DNA from: Diadema antillarum
Lineage: Eukaryota
Reading direction: 5' to 3'
NCBI RefSeq assembly: GCF_040938485.1
Contig: NW_027271162.1
Span: 558,001 to 622,000, forward strand
Length of the DNA: 64,000 bases
Under the pieces are notes generated by a model that was not told where the DNA came from, ran no database searches, and saw only the letters and a list, made by a program, of their open reading frames with translations. The first letter of the stretch is position 1; each line of letters opens with the position of its first letter. Below, one piece after another: positions 62,752 to 64,000 of the stretch. The position numbers were made by a program, and so were the translations under genes.

Positions 62752-64000
62752 GTATAAAAAGCTGATATAAGCTATACTGTAATATTTACAGGTGTACTAC
62801 AGCTCTCTGTGGGGAGATACTCTGATATTGTAGTGACACATGCATACTGTAGCTCGAAAAGATAGAGAGACAGAGAGAGAGAGAGAAGGGGTGAGTTTTC
62901 AAGCATTAGCTGGAAACTACTCCGCACGTCTGCTGGAGTCAGGATGGCCGCAGCTCAGGAAGACAATGCAACCTGCGTTGGTGGCCCGCCGCCGCTTCTG
63001 CGTGGGACGATCCCTCCGCCAAATGCTCTCCACTTCCGGTCCCGTGGCTTCCTGATCACGTTCTTGCCCCCCAACCCCCCTCCCCCCCCCCCCCCCTCCC
63101 TCCTTCTACCCCATCTTGGCTGGCATATGAAGCAGATCTATGTAAACATAGCCAGCTCCTCTGGTAGGATCCCCTCAAAATTCTAATTACAGATGAACCG
63201 CTATTGTGAGGTCATACAGGATACGGGCGCGGCCAATGGCCCTGTGCCTCTGTGTTTCCTGTCTCATGCTGGAAGACTCGCATCCTCATCTAAATGGTAG
63301 CACTTTAATTTAAACTTTGTATGTTATGATCCCTGCCTTGTCAACTGCTCATTCCTGATTTTTAGTGATCTGATACTTTTCGTGCTCAGCATTGAGGAGT
63401 TCATTATTGAGATTGTGTGCATATGTGTTCGTCTGTTTGTCCGTCTGTCTATCTGTCTGACTGTGTTTTCTAACATTTTATAGTAAATTATACAGAATTA
63501 ATCTCTGCCACTGTCCAGTTGGGCCCCAGAAGGAATTGATTTGCTACCAGTAGACAGCAACAACAACAACAACAACAAAAGAAAACAATTTCAATTTTCA
63601 AGAATAGGGTATTTCTGCACATAATCTCCCCGATTTCTCTTGATATTGTTGCTGCAACATTCACCCTTCAAAATAGAGATTTCGTTGATCCTATTTCCCA
63701 GTCTGTTGAAGTTTTGCCAAGTGAGAACACTTGAATAGGATGGAGATTATACAGTATTATACTGTACATGTATGTACAATATCTTTAGAGCTGATCTAAG
63801 TTGTGTGTATGAGAGGAAAAACAAACAAATCAGTTACAAAACACAAAAACAGGTGTGAGTCTTGTAGAAAAAAGAGGACAAATATTTTCTTTCCTTAACT
63901 GTACCTTTTGCTTTTGTCATTTTCTCTTCATTACCCCCTCCCCCTTAAGAATTGAACAATAAATGTAAAAATAAAAATGATGAATATGAAAAGATGATAG

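Noticed and set aside
62944-63186. 80-aa ORF MAAAQEDNATCVGG.. as a gene
   Set aside because: No recognisable homology; it runs through a C homopolymer and has no clear donor. Better explained by local GC richness.

Overview
AT-rich metazoan genomic window; the repeat landscape suggests a marine invertebrate deuterostome, probably an echinoderm (inference). The minus strand carries a complete VPS41 gene (HOPS complex subunit), assembled by hand as 25 GT-AG exons from 44646 to 4860, giving a 2736-bp CDS (911 aa plus stop). The protein has a very long N-terminal Asp/Glu tract, a WD40-like propeller, a clathrin heavy-chain repeat region and a C-terminal RING-H2. The introns are packed with non-autonomous DNA transposons. 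The main ones are a 4.35-kb Academ-like element (TAG..CTA ends, 3-bp TSD, decayed ORF, nested foldback) in the last intron and a 3.8-kb CAGGG..CCCTG element with a 6-bp TSD carrying a ~200/400-bp tandem array. There are also hAT-like MITEs with 5- and 6-bp TSDs, Kolobok-like and piggyBac-like TTAA elements, TA-flanked MITEs, Helentron-like elements and a MITE family carrying (TAACCC)n. Beyond the VPS41 start there is a probable bidirectional promoter and 19 kb with no recognisable coding exon. I found no evidence for a wholly new biological system; the strongest findings concern unusual transposons and the identity of the divergent neighbouring gene.
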